Shown here: positions 12,101-24,649 of the stretch, one piece after another
Numbering within the stretch: position 1 is the stretch's first letter
Layout: every line of letters begins with the position of its first letter
Origin: Mobula hypostoma
Lineage: Eukaryota
Assembly: GCF_963921235.1 (NCBI RefSeq)
Contig: NC_086108.1
Span: forward strand, 82,152,001-82,212,000
Length of the DNA: 60,000 nucleotides
Reading direction: 5' to 3'
Translations under genes and position numbers: made by a program
The notes under the pieces: generated by a model
What the model saw: the letters and a program-made list of their open reading frames with translations, nothing else
Told to the model about the DNA's origin: nothing
The model's database searches: none

Positions 12101-15100
12101 TTTGGTTTAGGCCTTTTAGACATAAACACACTTTTCAACAGACCAGTCTTATTATCTAACTAAATCTAGTCAGTTCAGCATCTGAGCCCATCTCAAGCAA
12201 GATGATAAAACAGAACTGAAGCGGTTTGGAGAGAGGATTACATAAGAAGTCCAGCAAACATCAGTGATCTGACATTGTGCATGTCCAAAAAAAAGTGCCT
12301 GGAGCTTCAAGCTTGGGCAACAGGGCTATATACTAAATATTTTGTAGTGCTGTACCTCTGTACCTCTGAAATGTGTTTAACATGTTTCAAAGGTTTGGAA
12401 GAAGAGTGCAAATAACTAATGCAATTGTATAGCACAATTAATGGTAACAGCTAGGGGTGAATTTTTAGGCAATTTAAATTCTTTGCAAACTCTGGGGCTA
12501 CAGGCTAACTCCTTAGGTATTCGACTTTTCTTGAAACAATGGAATTAAAATAAAGTCTCTGCATATTGCAGTGTCGGGTAAGATAGCTGCGTGGATTTCA
12601 CACTTACAGCGTTACAGGTGAGCATTTTCATAGACGTACGTCCAGCCCGACCAGTGGATGACAAAAAGGGAGGTGGATTTTGATTTCCTGGTCTGGGAAG
12701 TTGTTTCACGTCATAAAAGTCAGTGTTACCCTGTGGGTCAAAGTGTACAAAGTTATCAGCAAAACCATTAATACTATTACAGCCAGTAATTGTAATAGAA
12801 TCAAAAACCCTGAGACTAACCGCTGGTTGCTGAAACAGATTTGCTGAACCATAATATATTCTCTCCACTGGGGGAAATGGGTACTGTTTAGCTGTCCTGA
12901 ATTTCCCATGATTTTTCTTCTCTGCATTCCAAAGGTCATCAGTAAATGATTTGATATTATACATTCCCGGGCTGAGGTTCAGTGGCTTCTACAAGACACA
13001 AGCACAATTTTCTTTCCCACATTTATTCCAGGTTTTTCCCTATTGTGTCAATATCACTATGCATGACATGTCCACTTCTCTTTGCTGCTGTAAGTAGGAA
13101 ACACAGGAGCCTAAACACCCACACCTCAATGTTCAACAAAAGCTTTGTCCCTACTTGGACTATATTTACCTCAACTTGCCCTAATGTTGTTATCTTTCTT
13201 CTAATTGTGCTGTACAAGTTATGTATAATTTATGTTAGCTTAAGTTTATGCATTTATGTTTGTATTACACTTTAAAAAGCTACTTTTAATGGTATTTATA
13301 TACTGAGATTGTATGCTTGTGCTTATAAACCTAGAGACTGGTCACTTGCTTTCGACCTGTATGAGCATCCGTGTAAGACACATTTCTCACCTTGTGTAGA
13401 TGGACGTATATTTTAAACTTAGAATTGTTCTACAGGCCTGTAGTTTAAAGCTGCAAACCATTAATCAGGTCAACAAGCTGATGTGTTTTCTGGAGTGTGC
13501 CAGAAATTATAATATAGCACCAAAACAATTGCCTATGCCGGTGACCCTACAGATTTGTTATAATTGTATGACGCACCCTCACTCCAATAAATGATTGCTC
13601 CAAAAGTTGTGAATATGTATTTCAGCCCTTTGTTAGCAATTAGCAAACATGCAATCTCAAAGCGATGAAACTTAAGTGTATACAAGTGTAAGCGAAGTGA
13701 ATTGAGTGGTCCAAGATACGACCTCATCAGTCCCAAGCTACTACAAACTGTAATGAACAAAGCACGAAGCAACTTATTCCCTGCTTGTACTTATACCACG
13801 CCCCCACTCAATGTGTCCATTTACCATGATAAACATCATAGATGCGCAACACAGAACACAATGCAGATAGAGAACAGATACATGCTCCTATATTATAGAT
13901 ACTTTCCATAATTCCCTTGATAATTATAAATATATGGAGAATTAACATACAAAAAGATCAAAGAGATATTCAGGTATTTTTTTAAAAAGGGAAGAATTTG
14001 CATAGATTTGCTAGGCAATTTGAAAACAAAATCACTGCTCCTTTTCAATACTAATTTAGTTATAACTACATGAAATAAAACCCATTTTAAGGATATTTTT
14101 ATGGCCAGTTTTATAGTCAACTAGCTCAGCCCTCACTTCATCCCATGGTAAATTTCCTCGGGGAGCACATTCCATGCTGCCAACTTACCAGTTCCACTTA
14201 AATTGTGCTCAGCAATAGAAGTGGCTGATCCAAAACCTTTTAGGGCGAGGCGTGCGTGGATCGCAGAGTACAGGTTAAGTGTGAAAGTTGTCCCTAATGT
14301 GTCTTAATACCCTCAGAAGTATGAATTTTATCAATGACAACACAGCTTGCCAAATTAGTAACAAAGCTTGGAATGGCAACTGCTCTGCTTGTGCCTGCAA
14401 GAAACTACTCAGCATGAGGACACAGCTAAGCGTAACACAAGAAACAGCCTCCCCACTACAGACTCTGTCTATACATCTCACTGCCTCAGTAAAGCAGACA
14501 GCATAATCCAAAACTTCAACCTTCAACCAGTTTTCTCTTCTCCCTTCGGGCAGAATATACAAGCTCAACAACAGCTTCTATCAGACTCTTTCACACACCA
14601 CTTTCAAAGACTTAAAGTACATTTATTATCTAGGTTTGTACACAGAATACAATTCTGAGCTTTTTTCTTCCTGTAGGCAGCTACGAAACAAAGAAACACC
14701 ATGGAACCCTTCAAGAAAACATCAAACACCCAACGTGTGAAAAATAAATTGCACAAACAGCAAAAAGTGAGCAAACAACACATAGAATATCAACATCAAA
14801 CCAGGAGTCCAATAGTATTAGATAGACTCTTGGTCTCACTGTCTACCTCATTATGATCTTGCACTTTATTGTTTACTGCACTTTTTTTTGGGAACTTTTA
14901 CATTTTATTCTGCATTGTTATTGTTTTACCTTATTCTAGCTCAACGCACTGTGTAATGATTTGATCTGTATAAACAGTATGGAAGGCAAGCTTTTCACAG
15001 AATCTTGGTACATGTGACAATAATAATAAACCAAACCAAGGAGTAGGAAACATTTGGAGGTGTTTGCACAGAGAAACAATATGGTGATCTCTCACCGCTT

Positions 15101-18100
15101 ACTCCACGCTCATGCTTACAACATAGCAACAGAAGGAAAAGGGCTATAAATTAAATATCGTTGTGTGCATTTTATTGATAGCATAGGTGCAATAAAAATT
15201 AAGTTTAGCATATGATGCCCAATTCATCGCCACATATCCTTGGACTGCCATTAAAGTTTACAGTAGCCTTTTTGTAAGATGTTTGCCTTTAATTAACACA
15301 GGTCATATTTCAGTTTTGAAGTGATGCTCCTCTTACCTTGGCATACCATGTTGACCCAACGTCCACCTGTGTGATTCTCTCTAACCTGCCGAACTTACCT
15401 GCTATGTATCTCAGTATCATATTTCCCAACACCTGAAAGGCCTGAGCCAAATGCCAGCTCCTCATGTCAACGTTGACCTCATTTACACCAATTATATCCG
15501 AGGATAAATTCAGGATTACCTCTGTGGGGCCAGCCGTTTCCTGCCTGTAATTCAGCACTATTGAATTTATGTTCTCAGTGTTTTGACTCAGCATTTCACA
15601 GCTGTCTCCAGTGTGCCCTTGGCTAATGTTGGTACCTTTCACTAGGTCTTATAACAAAGAACCAAAAAAACAGAGTGGATCTGTTTATTACTTATAAGGA
15701 AAAGACCACCTTCTACTCCTCAGAATGGATGGCAGGAAGCTTCTGCTTTTCAGCTTACAAAGTTCATTTTTATGCAATTCTTTTGCTGTTATCTGTTCTG
15801 GCTGAGTCAGCCCCCCACCCCCCAGCAGCTGCAGCCTGTTTCATTTCTATCCAAGGCCATGCAATGTACACAATAAACAATGATCAGAACATTACAAACC
15901 TCCTGTCACGTACCCTAAGCACATAGCAAAGCACTCTGGGATTATACCAGTTCCATTGTATCACATTACAAGATTAAATACATAAAAACGTCAGTTTCAA
16001 ATATATTCCCGTACTAAGTGAGAGTACCGGAGAAAAGGGTAAGAGGTGATTTTCAATTAAGCCTGACTTGTGCGTACATACCGTGGCGTAGTGGCCTGTT
16101 TTTATACGATCGCCTCTTTCGGTGGTAAAGAGATCATAGGGGCCTCGCTTACTAACCACTCGTTGCAATAATTGGTCTAAGCCACTTCTAATATTGTAGG
16201 TATTTGGTGCCAAGTCACAACCCTAAAGAAAAGATATTAAAGGTGAATTAGTGAGAGTTTTGTATTAAGAGTCACTAAAAATTATTACCTGGAATGAAAT
16301 CAATGTCCCTACTGGACATCCCTCTGCACACCATTCTTAACTTTAGTTGAGTTATTCATCTATGTAAAATAGTGGGCAAGAGGACATTAAACAATCCAAA
16401 AGCAAAATACTGCTAAAAACTGGAAATCGAAAATAAATGATAAAACGTCATTGATCTGAAACATTAACTCTGCTTCCCTTTCTTGTACGCTGCCTGACCC
16501 AACTGAATATTTCCAATGTTCACTATTTTTAGCGAACATTGTCAACAGTATTTCCAGTTTACAGGTTCTGTGCCAGCACATTCCGTATTTCAACATTGCT
16601 GCCTAAGTATTAACTGGACGGGGAGTGGATCTCCCACTCATTGTATACTCCACCTGTTTGTTTCTCCTCAGGAAGGAAGGGATGTCAATATGGGGACCGT
16701 TTGAATGGTATTCCCTTGAATTTAGAAATGGGAAGTGAGCTAAATGATTATACCAGTTCCTGAAGGGGATTGGTATGGGAGGTGCTAAGAACCTTTGCCT
16801 TCTCCAGCTGGGCCATAGTCTGAGGATAAGGGATTAGCATTTAGGGCTGAGGAGAAATGTCTTCATTCTGATGCTTCGTTTGCTTTTAGTAAATTCTTAT
16901 TGTGACACAGGAAGCCACTCAGATCATGGGGTCTATGCCAGAACTCAGCAGAGAAATCCCATCGGTCCCATTCCCCCTCCTTTTTTTTTTAACCCACTAA
17001 CTTATTCTCTCCATTAACTCTCCTTTGATTCTTCCCTCACTAGGGTAGCATGCCACATACACTAAATGTCACTAACAAACTGTCACCACTCTTACTCAGC
17101 GGGCATCAACAGCATTCAGCTTCTCCTAAGCAAGATATTCCATCTGTTCTCTCTATCTCACCTCAGGACTCACACTACCAGTTTCAGGAGCAGTTATTAC
17201 CTCTCAACCATCAGGCTCTTGAACCAGACGGGATCCCACAACCTATGGACCGACTTTCAAGGACTCTTCATCTCATGTTCTCTATATTTATTGCTTATTT
17301 ACTTATTATTATTTTTTACATTTGTAATTGCACAGTTTGTTGTCTTTTGCACACTGGTTGTCTGTCCTGTTGGATGTGGTCTTTCATTGATTCTATTATA
17401 GTTGAGTGTGTATGCAAGAAAACAAATGTCAAGGTTATGTAATACAAAAGTTGCTGGTGAACACAGCAGGCCAGGTAGCATCTCTAGGAAGAGGTACAGT
17501 CGACGTTTCAGCCCGAGACCCTTCGTCAAAATGAAGTGGTCCACAGCAGGGGTGATTGAGAAGTTCGTGGCCCAAAGTAGAAGGAGATGAGTTATACAGC
17601 TCTCATTACATGCACGTGCAGTTCAACTCTTTGATTATGCAGAAAGTTTGAAATTAACAACATTTCCTTCTACCTTAGGTCATGAACTTATCAATCACCC
17701 CTGCTGTGGACCACTTTCTGGAGGTCCAAGATGCCAACTTCTACAAAGAAGGAATCGGTACGCTCCATGACTGCAAGACTAAGTGTGTAAATGTAGGAGG
17801 GGACTATGTTGAAAAATAAATGTGCCAGGTTTTCTAAAATTGACTCCTTCCATCTTAGGCCACGCACTTATCAATCACCCCTGGTATTTGGGAGAGATAA
17901 TGAGAATGAGGGTAGAATAATAAAAAAATGATGAATGTAGAATAAGTGTAAGTGGATGGTCGATGGCCATTGTGGACATAGTGGGCTGAAGGGCCTGTTT
18001 TCATGCTGTACCTCTCTGTGATGTTATACTGCTGCCAACTGATCTATCGGCGTATATTTGGATTGCTGGTGGAAATTGGAATGCCTATGGGAAACCAACA

Positions 18101-21100
18101 GGGAGAACATGTAACCTAAAATCAGGATCACATCTGGGCTCCCAGAGTTGTGAGGCAGCAAAACTGACAGCTGCAATATCATTGCCAACTTTGGAATTCC
18201 CTAATCCGGAAAGGTGTGGAAATTCAGAACTTAGAATAGTCAAGGGTGAGATAAACAGGCTTTTGGACACAAAGATCAACAACATGATGATTAGGCAACT
18301 GAATGGCAAAGATATGGGAACAGCCATTAATCGGTTGGTTAGCCCAGGGCAGAGGGCAATATAACTTACTTCCCAGGCCAATCAGGCTTAGTGACCTCAT
18401 TTCTGTTAGTGGCCGTGCTCGATTTTAATTTATTTTCCACTAATTGTATTTTTCCACAGAAATTAGTTTGTTTTTATTATTACAACTCATTGTCCTCTGT
18501 TTTTCTGAATAGATTGACACGATTGGCTGTCTGTTGTGAACCAGACCTCCCACCCACTCCAATTATTTTGGCTGAGGCAACATCAATAAATTTTCTATTA
18601 AAGAATACAACAGGATGGCACATTTACTATTGCTTGAAGAGATCGGCTCTTGGCACTGCTTGAATCCATCAGTCCCCGTAACCCAGCAGATTTCCTAGCT
18701 TTCTCCTCCAGCACCGCAGATGGGATTCCTCCTTTTCCGTATGATCCAGGACCTGGGCTGGCAATCTGGAAAAATAAAGCAGTCAAAATAACTTCTTCTT
18801 CTTTCAACGATCTGATTTTTGTAAGGATTCACTTGTTTTGATCTTCAGGTATAAGATAAATAGACAGTGAAATTTCTCTGCCCAGTGGACTAACACCTTT
18901 GCAAACATCTGAAATTTGAAATAATGGTCTAAAATATAAGTATTAGCAATATTCTTTGCCAATATTAAACATGACAAGTTCAACCTTTTCTGAAGTGTTG
19001 TGCGGTACACGTGGTTGTACTTTTGACTAAATACAGAGTCTTAGCTTGACGCTCTAAAACCCTTTGCAGACTATCAAAGGAGATTTGTGGAATGACAATA
19101 TGAAGGGTGGTTTCATAAGACTGATATGAATAGTCAGTCCATGAGAGTTAGCCTACAGTGTAAAACCATGCGAAGAAACCTCATGCAAGATGTCCAAGGA
19201 ATCCATAGAACAGATCATGACAGCAACACATACAGAATGCTGGAGGAACTCAGCAGGTCAGGCAGCATCTATGGAAAAGGGTACAGTTGACGTTTTGGGT
19301 CAAGACCCTTCATCAGGACTGAAAGAAAAGATGAGGAGTCAGAGTAAGAAAGTGGTGGGAGGGGTGGAACAACCACAAGGTGAAAACGGGAGGAGGGGGA
19401 GGGGTGAAGTAAAGAGCTGGGATGTTGATTGGTGAAAGAGATGAAGGGCTGGAGAAGGGGGAGTCTGATAGGACAGGACAGAAGGCCATGGAAGAAAGAA
19501 AAAGGGGAAGTGATAGGCAGATAAGGAAATAAGGTGAGAGAGGGAAATGTGAATGGGGAATGGTGAAGGAGGAGGAGGGGGCATTAGTGGAAGTTCGAGA
19601 AATCAATGTTCCTGCCATCAGGTTGGAGGCTAATCAGACAGAATATAAGGTGTTGCTCCTCCAACCTGAGTGTGGCCTCATCGCGACAGGAGAGGAGGCC
19701 ATGGACTGACATATCAGAATAGGAATGGGAATTGGAATTAAAATGGGTGACCAGTGGGAGATCTTGCTTTGGGAGGTCATGACAGCCTTCTTTTATAGTA
19801 TCACTACACAGTCAACACTGGAAATTTCTCATTTTGTTTCCATGAATTAACTTAATCATTTGAAAATGTGTAACCAACTTTGCTCAAAAATATAAATCAA
19901 TGAACCCTTACATTTTTTTGTTTTTTAAATCTTTCTTCTCTAGAGTCAAAAGTACCTCTGCTTCCAGCATTCTTCTTTGCAAGTAAGTCAAGAAAATTAG
20001 GGATCTCGTATCTACCTGGGCCGCGATCCATCTGCTGCAATTAAAAAATACAACAATGAAATACTTCCCCATTCAGACAGACTTCTATTCACAAACTAGA
20101 TCATTTCACTGTCTGTAATTAGATTATTTTATAAGTGAAGCAATCAATCCAAATGTTCAACTATCCAGGTTATTTTATACAGGGTAAAGGGAGTCATGCT
20201 GGAAAAAAGGAATACATATTTCACTATTGTTGCTTCCAGAAAATGTGGCAAACATTTTTGTGCCTCTCACAGATTAACTCTTGTTATTTTTTTTCAAACT
20301 TCCCCAACCCTTAGAAAAGCAAATCTGACTGGGAATTGATGAATAGATCAGAAAATGAATAATATCTGAAGAAATACTCATGTCACCTCCCCATACATTA
20401 CAATGTCCAGCTAGACAACAGCAGTAATAGAGGTAGTAACAACAAGATACTCTCCCATAATTTTTCCTGTATTCCTTGTGATAGTTTTTTCAGGAAACAA
20501 CAAACTGCACGATGCTTTCTGTAAACAAGAAATGGACCATCCCGACACATTTAAAATTATAGTCGGCAATTTTAACCAGGCCTGTTTGAAGAAAACCCTG
20601 CCCAAACTGGCACGTAATCAGTTGCACCAGAGGTCCCAACACACTAGACCACTGCTACACTATGATAAGGAATGCCTATTGTTCCATACCGAGACCGCAT
20701 TTTGACAAGCCAGATCATTTGGCAGTACTCCTGCTACCTGCATACAGATGGAGCACGACTCCAGAGATCAAGACAACTCAGATGGTCATGGGAGGCTGAG
20801 GAATGGTTACAGGATTGCCTTGAGTCAGTGGACTTGGCCGTGTTTAAGAACTCAACTAAGGACCTGCATGACTACACCAGGGTCATTACAGACTTTATTA
20901 AAACAGCTGTGGATGAGTGTGTCCCCACAAAATCATTCAGGGTCTTCCTCAATCAGGAGCCTTGGATGAACAATGAAATCCAGAACCTGCTGAGAGTCTG
21001 ATCAGAGGCATTCAAGTCTGAAGATCAAGAATGCTACAAGTGGTGCAGGCATGATCTCCAGAAAATCATCTCTCAGGCGAAGTGGGGATTCTAGACTAGA

Positions 21101-24100
21101 CTAGAATCAACAAAGTTTGCTCGACAGCTGTGGTAGGGTTTGAATGCTATAATCTCCTACAAATCTAAATCTTGCAACATAGGGGACAGCAGAGTTTCAT
21201 TTCCAGATGAGCTCAATGACTTCTATGCTCACTCTGACCACCAGAACAGGGAGGACCATCGCGCGCCCCCATTCCTCCCGATGATCCTTTGGTCTCAGTA
21301 CCTGAAGATGACGTGTGGGCTGCCTTCAAGAGAGTGAATCCAAGGAAAGTATCCGGTCCGGATGGAGTACCTGGCCAAGTACTGGAGACCTATGCCGACC
21401 AGCTAGCTGGTGTATTCATGGATATCTTCAACCTCTCACTCCGGCAGTGTGTGGTACCCACCTACTTCAAGCAGGCTTCAATCGTACCGGAGCCCAAGAA
21501 GAGCGAGGTAACCTGTCTAAATGACTATCGCCCAGAGGCACTTACAGCCACAGTGATGAAGCGTTTTGAGAGGCTGGTGTTGAAGCTCATCAGTTCCTGT
21601 CCAAATATCAACTTGGACTTGCTCCAATTCACCTACTGGAACAACAGGTCTACAGCAGATACCAGATGCTGTCCAGATGTTCACACAACCCTGGAACATC
21701 TGGACAGCAATGATGCATACATCAGGATGCTCATTGTCACAGCTCAGCACTTAACACCATCATCACCTCAAAAATAATCAGTAAACTCCAAGACCTGGGC
21801 CTCAAAACCCCCTTGTGAATTGGATCCTGTATTTTCTCACTCGTGGACAGCAGTCAGGTTGGATTGGCAAAACATCTCATAGAAACGTAGAAAATCTACA
21901 GCACAATACAGGCCCTTCGGCCCACAAAGCTGTGCCGAATATGTCCTTACCTTAGAAATTACCTAGGGTTACCCATAGCCCTCTATTTGCCTAATCTCCT
22001 CCACAATCTCCATCAGCACAGGAACACTGCAGGAATGTGTACTTAGCCCCCTGCTCTACTCACTTTACACTTTTGACTGTATGGCTAAGTACAGCTCCAA
22101 CACCATATACATGCTTACTGATGACACCATTGTTGTGGGCTGTATCAATGGTGGTGATGAATCAGCATACAGGAGGGATACTGAAAATTTGGCTGAGTGG
22201 TATAATAACAACAATCTCTCACTCAATGTCAATAAGACCAAGGAACTGATTGTAGATATCAGGAGAGGGAAACCAGAGGTCCATGAGCCAGTACTCAGAG
22301 GATCAGAGGTGGAGAAGGTCAGAAAATTTAAATTCCTGGGTGTCACTATCTCAGAGGACCTGACCTGGACCCATCACATAAATATTGTGAAGAAGGCACA
22401 ACAGTACTTCTACTTCCTCAGGAGTCTGTGGAAGTTCTGCATGTCATCGAAAACTTCGACATTGTGACCTAGTATGGGAACACCAATGTCCTTGAGTGGA
22501 AAATCCTGCAAAAGGTAGTGGATTTCGCCCAGTACCTCACTAGTAAAACCCTTCCAACCAATGAGCACATCTACATGAAACATTGCAGTAGAAAAGAGCC
22601 CTAAGGCAATGCTGTTTTCTCGCTGCTGCCATCAGGTACAAAGTACAAACAAGAGAAAATCTGCAGATGCTGGAAATCCAAGGTAGAAGGTGAAGGTATC
22701 TCAGGACTCACACCACCAGGTTCAAGAACAGTTACTACCCCTCAACCATCAGTGTTGATCAAAAGAGGATAGCTACACTCGTTTAAGGGCCCTGTTGTAT
22801 TGTTATCTCATGCTCATTATTTAATGATATTGATTTATTTCTGCATTGCACAGTTGTTTACTGTTTACAATTCTAGATGTTTACAGTTATTGTTCTATAG
22901 ATTTGCTAAGTATGCCTGCAGAAAAAAAATCTCACAGTTGTATATGGTGACATGATTGTAGTCTGATAATATTTAACAATTAACATCTCACTCCTCTCCC
23001 CCACTCATCTCACTGCCCATAGAAAATGATGCATTTTCTGAGTTAATTGTAACATTGAATTTGATATAGATTTGAAGATTTAAACTACCCAAATTCATTT
23101 TAAATAGAAGCCAGATAGTTGTTAGAGGACCAGAGCTGACTGGTCTTAGCAGAGTTGGAATTCTACTTTGCTGTACCACCCAGATTCCATAGCACCAAGG
23201 TGGAGAGGGTAAAATAGGAAACTGCAAACAATAGAAAATCTGCTGATGCTGGAAATCCAAGCAACACACACAAAATGCTGGAGGAACCCAGCAGGTCAGG
23301 CAGCATCTGTGGAAAAAGAGTACAGTCGATGTTTCAGACCGAGATCCTTCAGCAAAACAGGAAGTAGTGAATGTTTTTAAAAACTGTCATTGAGTGAATG
23401 TCACTGCTAATGTCACTCAAACTTCCATAGATGCACAGTGGAGAGTATCCTAACTGGTTGTATAATGGCCTGGTATGGAATGGAAACAACTGCAGAAAAT
23501 GGTGGATACAACACAGTCCATCACAGTTAAAGCCCTCCCCACCATTGAGCGTATCTACAAGGCGCACTGCCACAGGAAAGCAGCATCCATCATCAAGGAC
23601 CTCCACAATCCAGGCCATGTTCTCTTCTTACTACTACCTTTGGGAAGGAGGTATAGGAGCCTTAGGTCCCACACCACCAGGTTTGGGTACAGTTATAACC
23701 CTTCAACCATCAGGCTCATGAACCAGTGTGGATAACTTCACTCACCTCAATTCTGAAATGACTTCACCACCTATGGACTCGCTTTCAGGAACTCCACAAC
23801 TCATATTCTCAGTATTATTTATTTTTTATTTGCACATTTTGTCTTCTTTTGCACATTTGTTGTTTTTCAGTTTTCGTTTATGTATGTTTTTTTCATAAAT
23901 TCTATTGTATTTCGTTATTTTCCTGTAAATGCCTGCACGAAAATGAACTTCAATGTAGTATATGGTGACATTTACTTTGACATTGACTAATGCCAGCATT
24001 TATTGTCCCTTGAGCTGAGCAGTAGTTAAGAGACAAACACATTGATGGATCTGAAGTTATATGTATCAAAACCAGGTGGAAACTTGATGGGTTTTTGCAT

Positions 24101-24604
24101 CAATCCAGTAGTTTCATCATTTCCATTACCAATAATGTACGATTTCTATTTATTTTTTTAATGTAGGCTGCTTAGCTACCATCATATGTTTCAAACCCCT
24201 TCACCAGGATCCAGAGTCCAGGCTGGATGCTGTTCCAATAACTTTATAACTATGCCTCCTGTACCTTTGCCATTTTATAGATATTAAAGTGGGAACTTGT
24301 GTTATAGGGAAAGTGAGATCCAAACATACTGGTTAAATATTGCACCAACCACCAAGGTGCACCCTGTTCTCATTGCTACCATCAGGAAGGAGGTACAGGA
24401 GCCTGAAAGCACACACACAACAATTCAAGAACAGCTTCTTCCCCTCTGCCATCCAATTTCTGAATATTAAACCCATGAACACTACCTCACTACTTTTTTA
24501 TTTCTAATTTTGCACTACTTATTTAACTATTTTATACACACACACACACATATATATAGACACACACACATTATATATATACATTATATTATATATACAC
24601 ACAC

Positions 24605-24649
<45 letters not shown>

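Noticed and set aside
15310..15647. 110-aa minus-strand ORF in CIMAP2 intron 6 with a strong donor (AAG|GTAAGA at 15337)
   Set aside because: Available acceptors do not enter this frame in phase 0 (one gives ACC TAG immediately); the peptide is unrecognised; exons 6 and 7 already join correctly.
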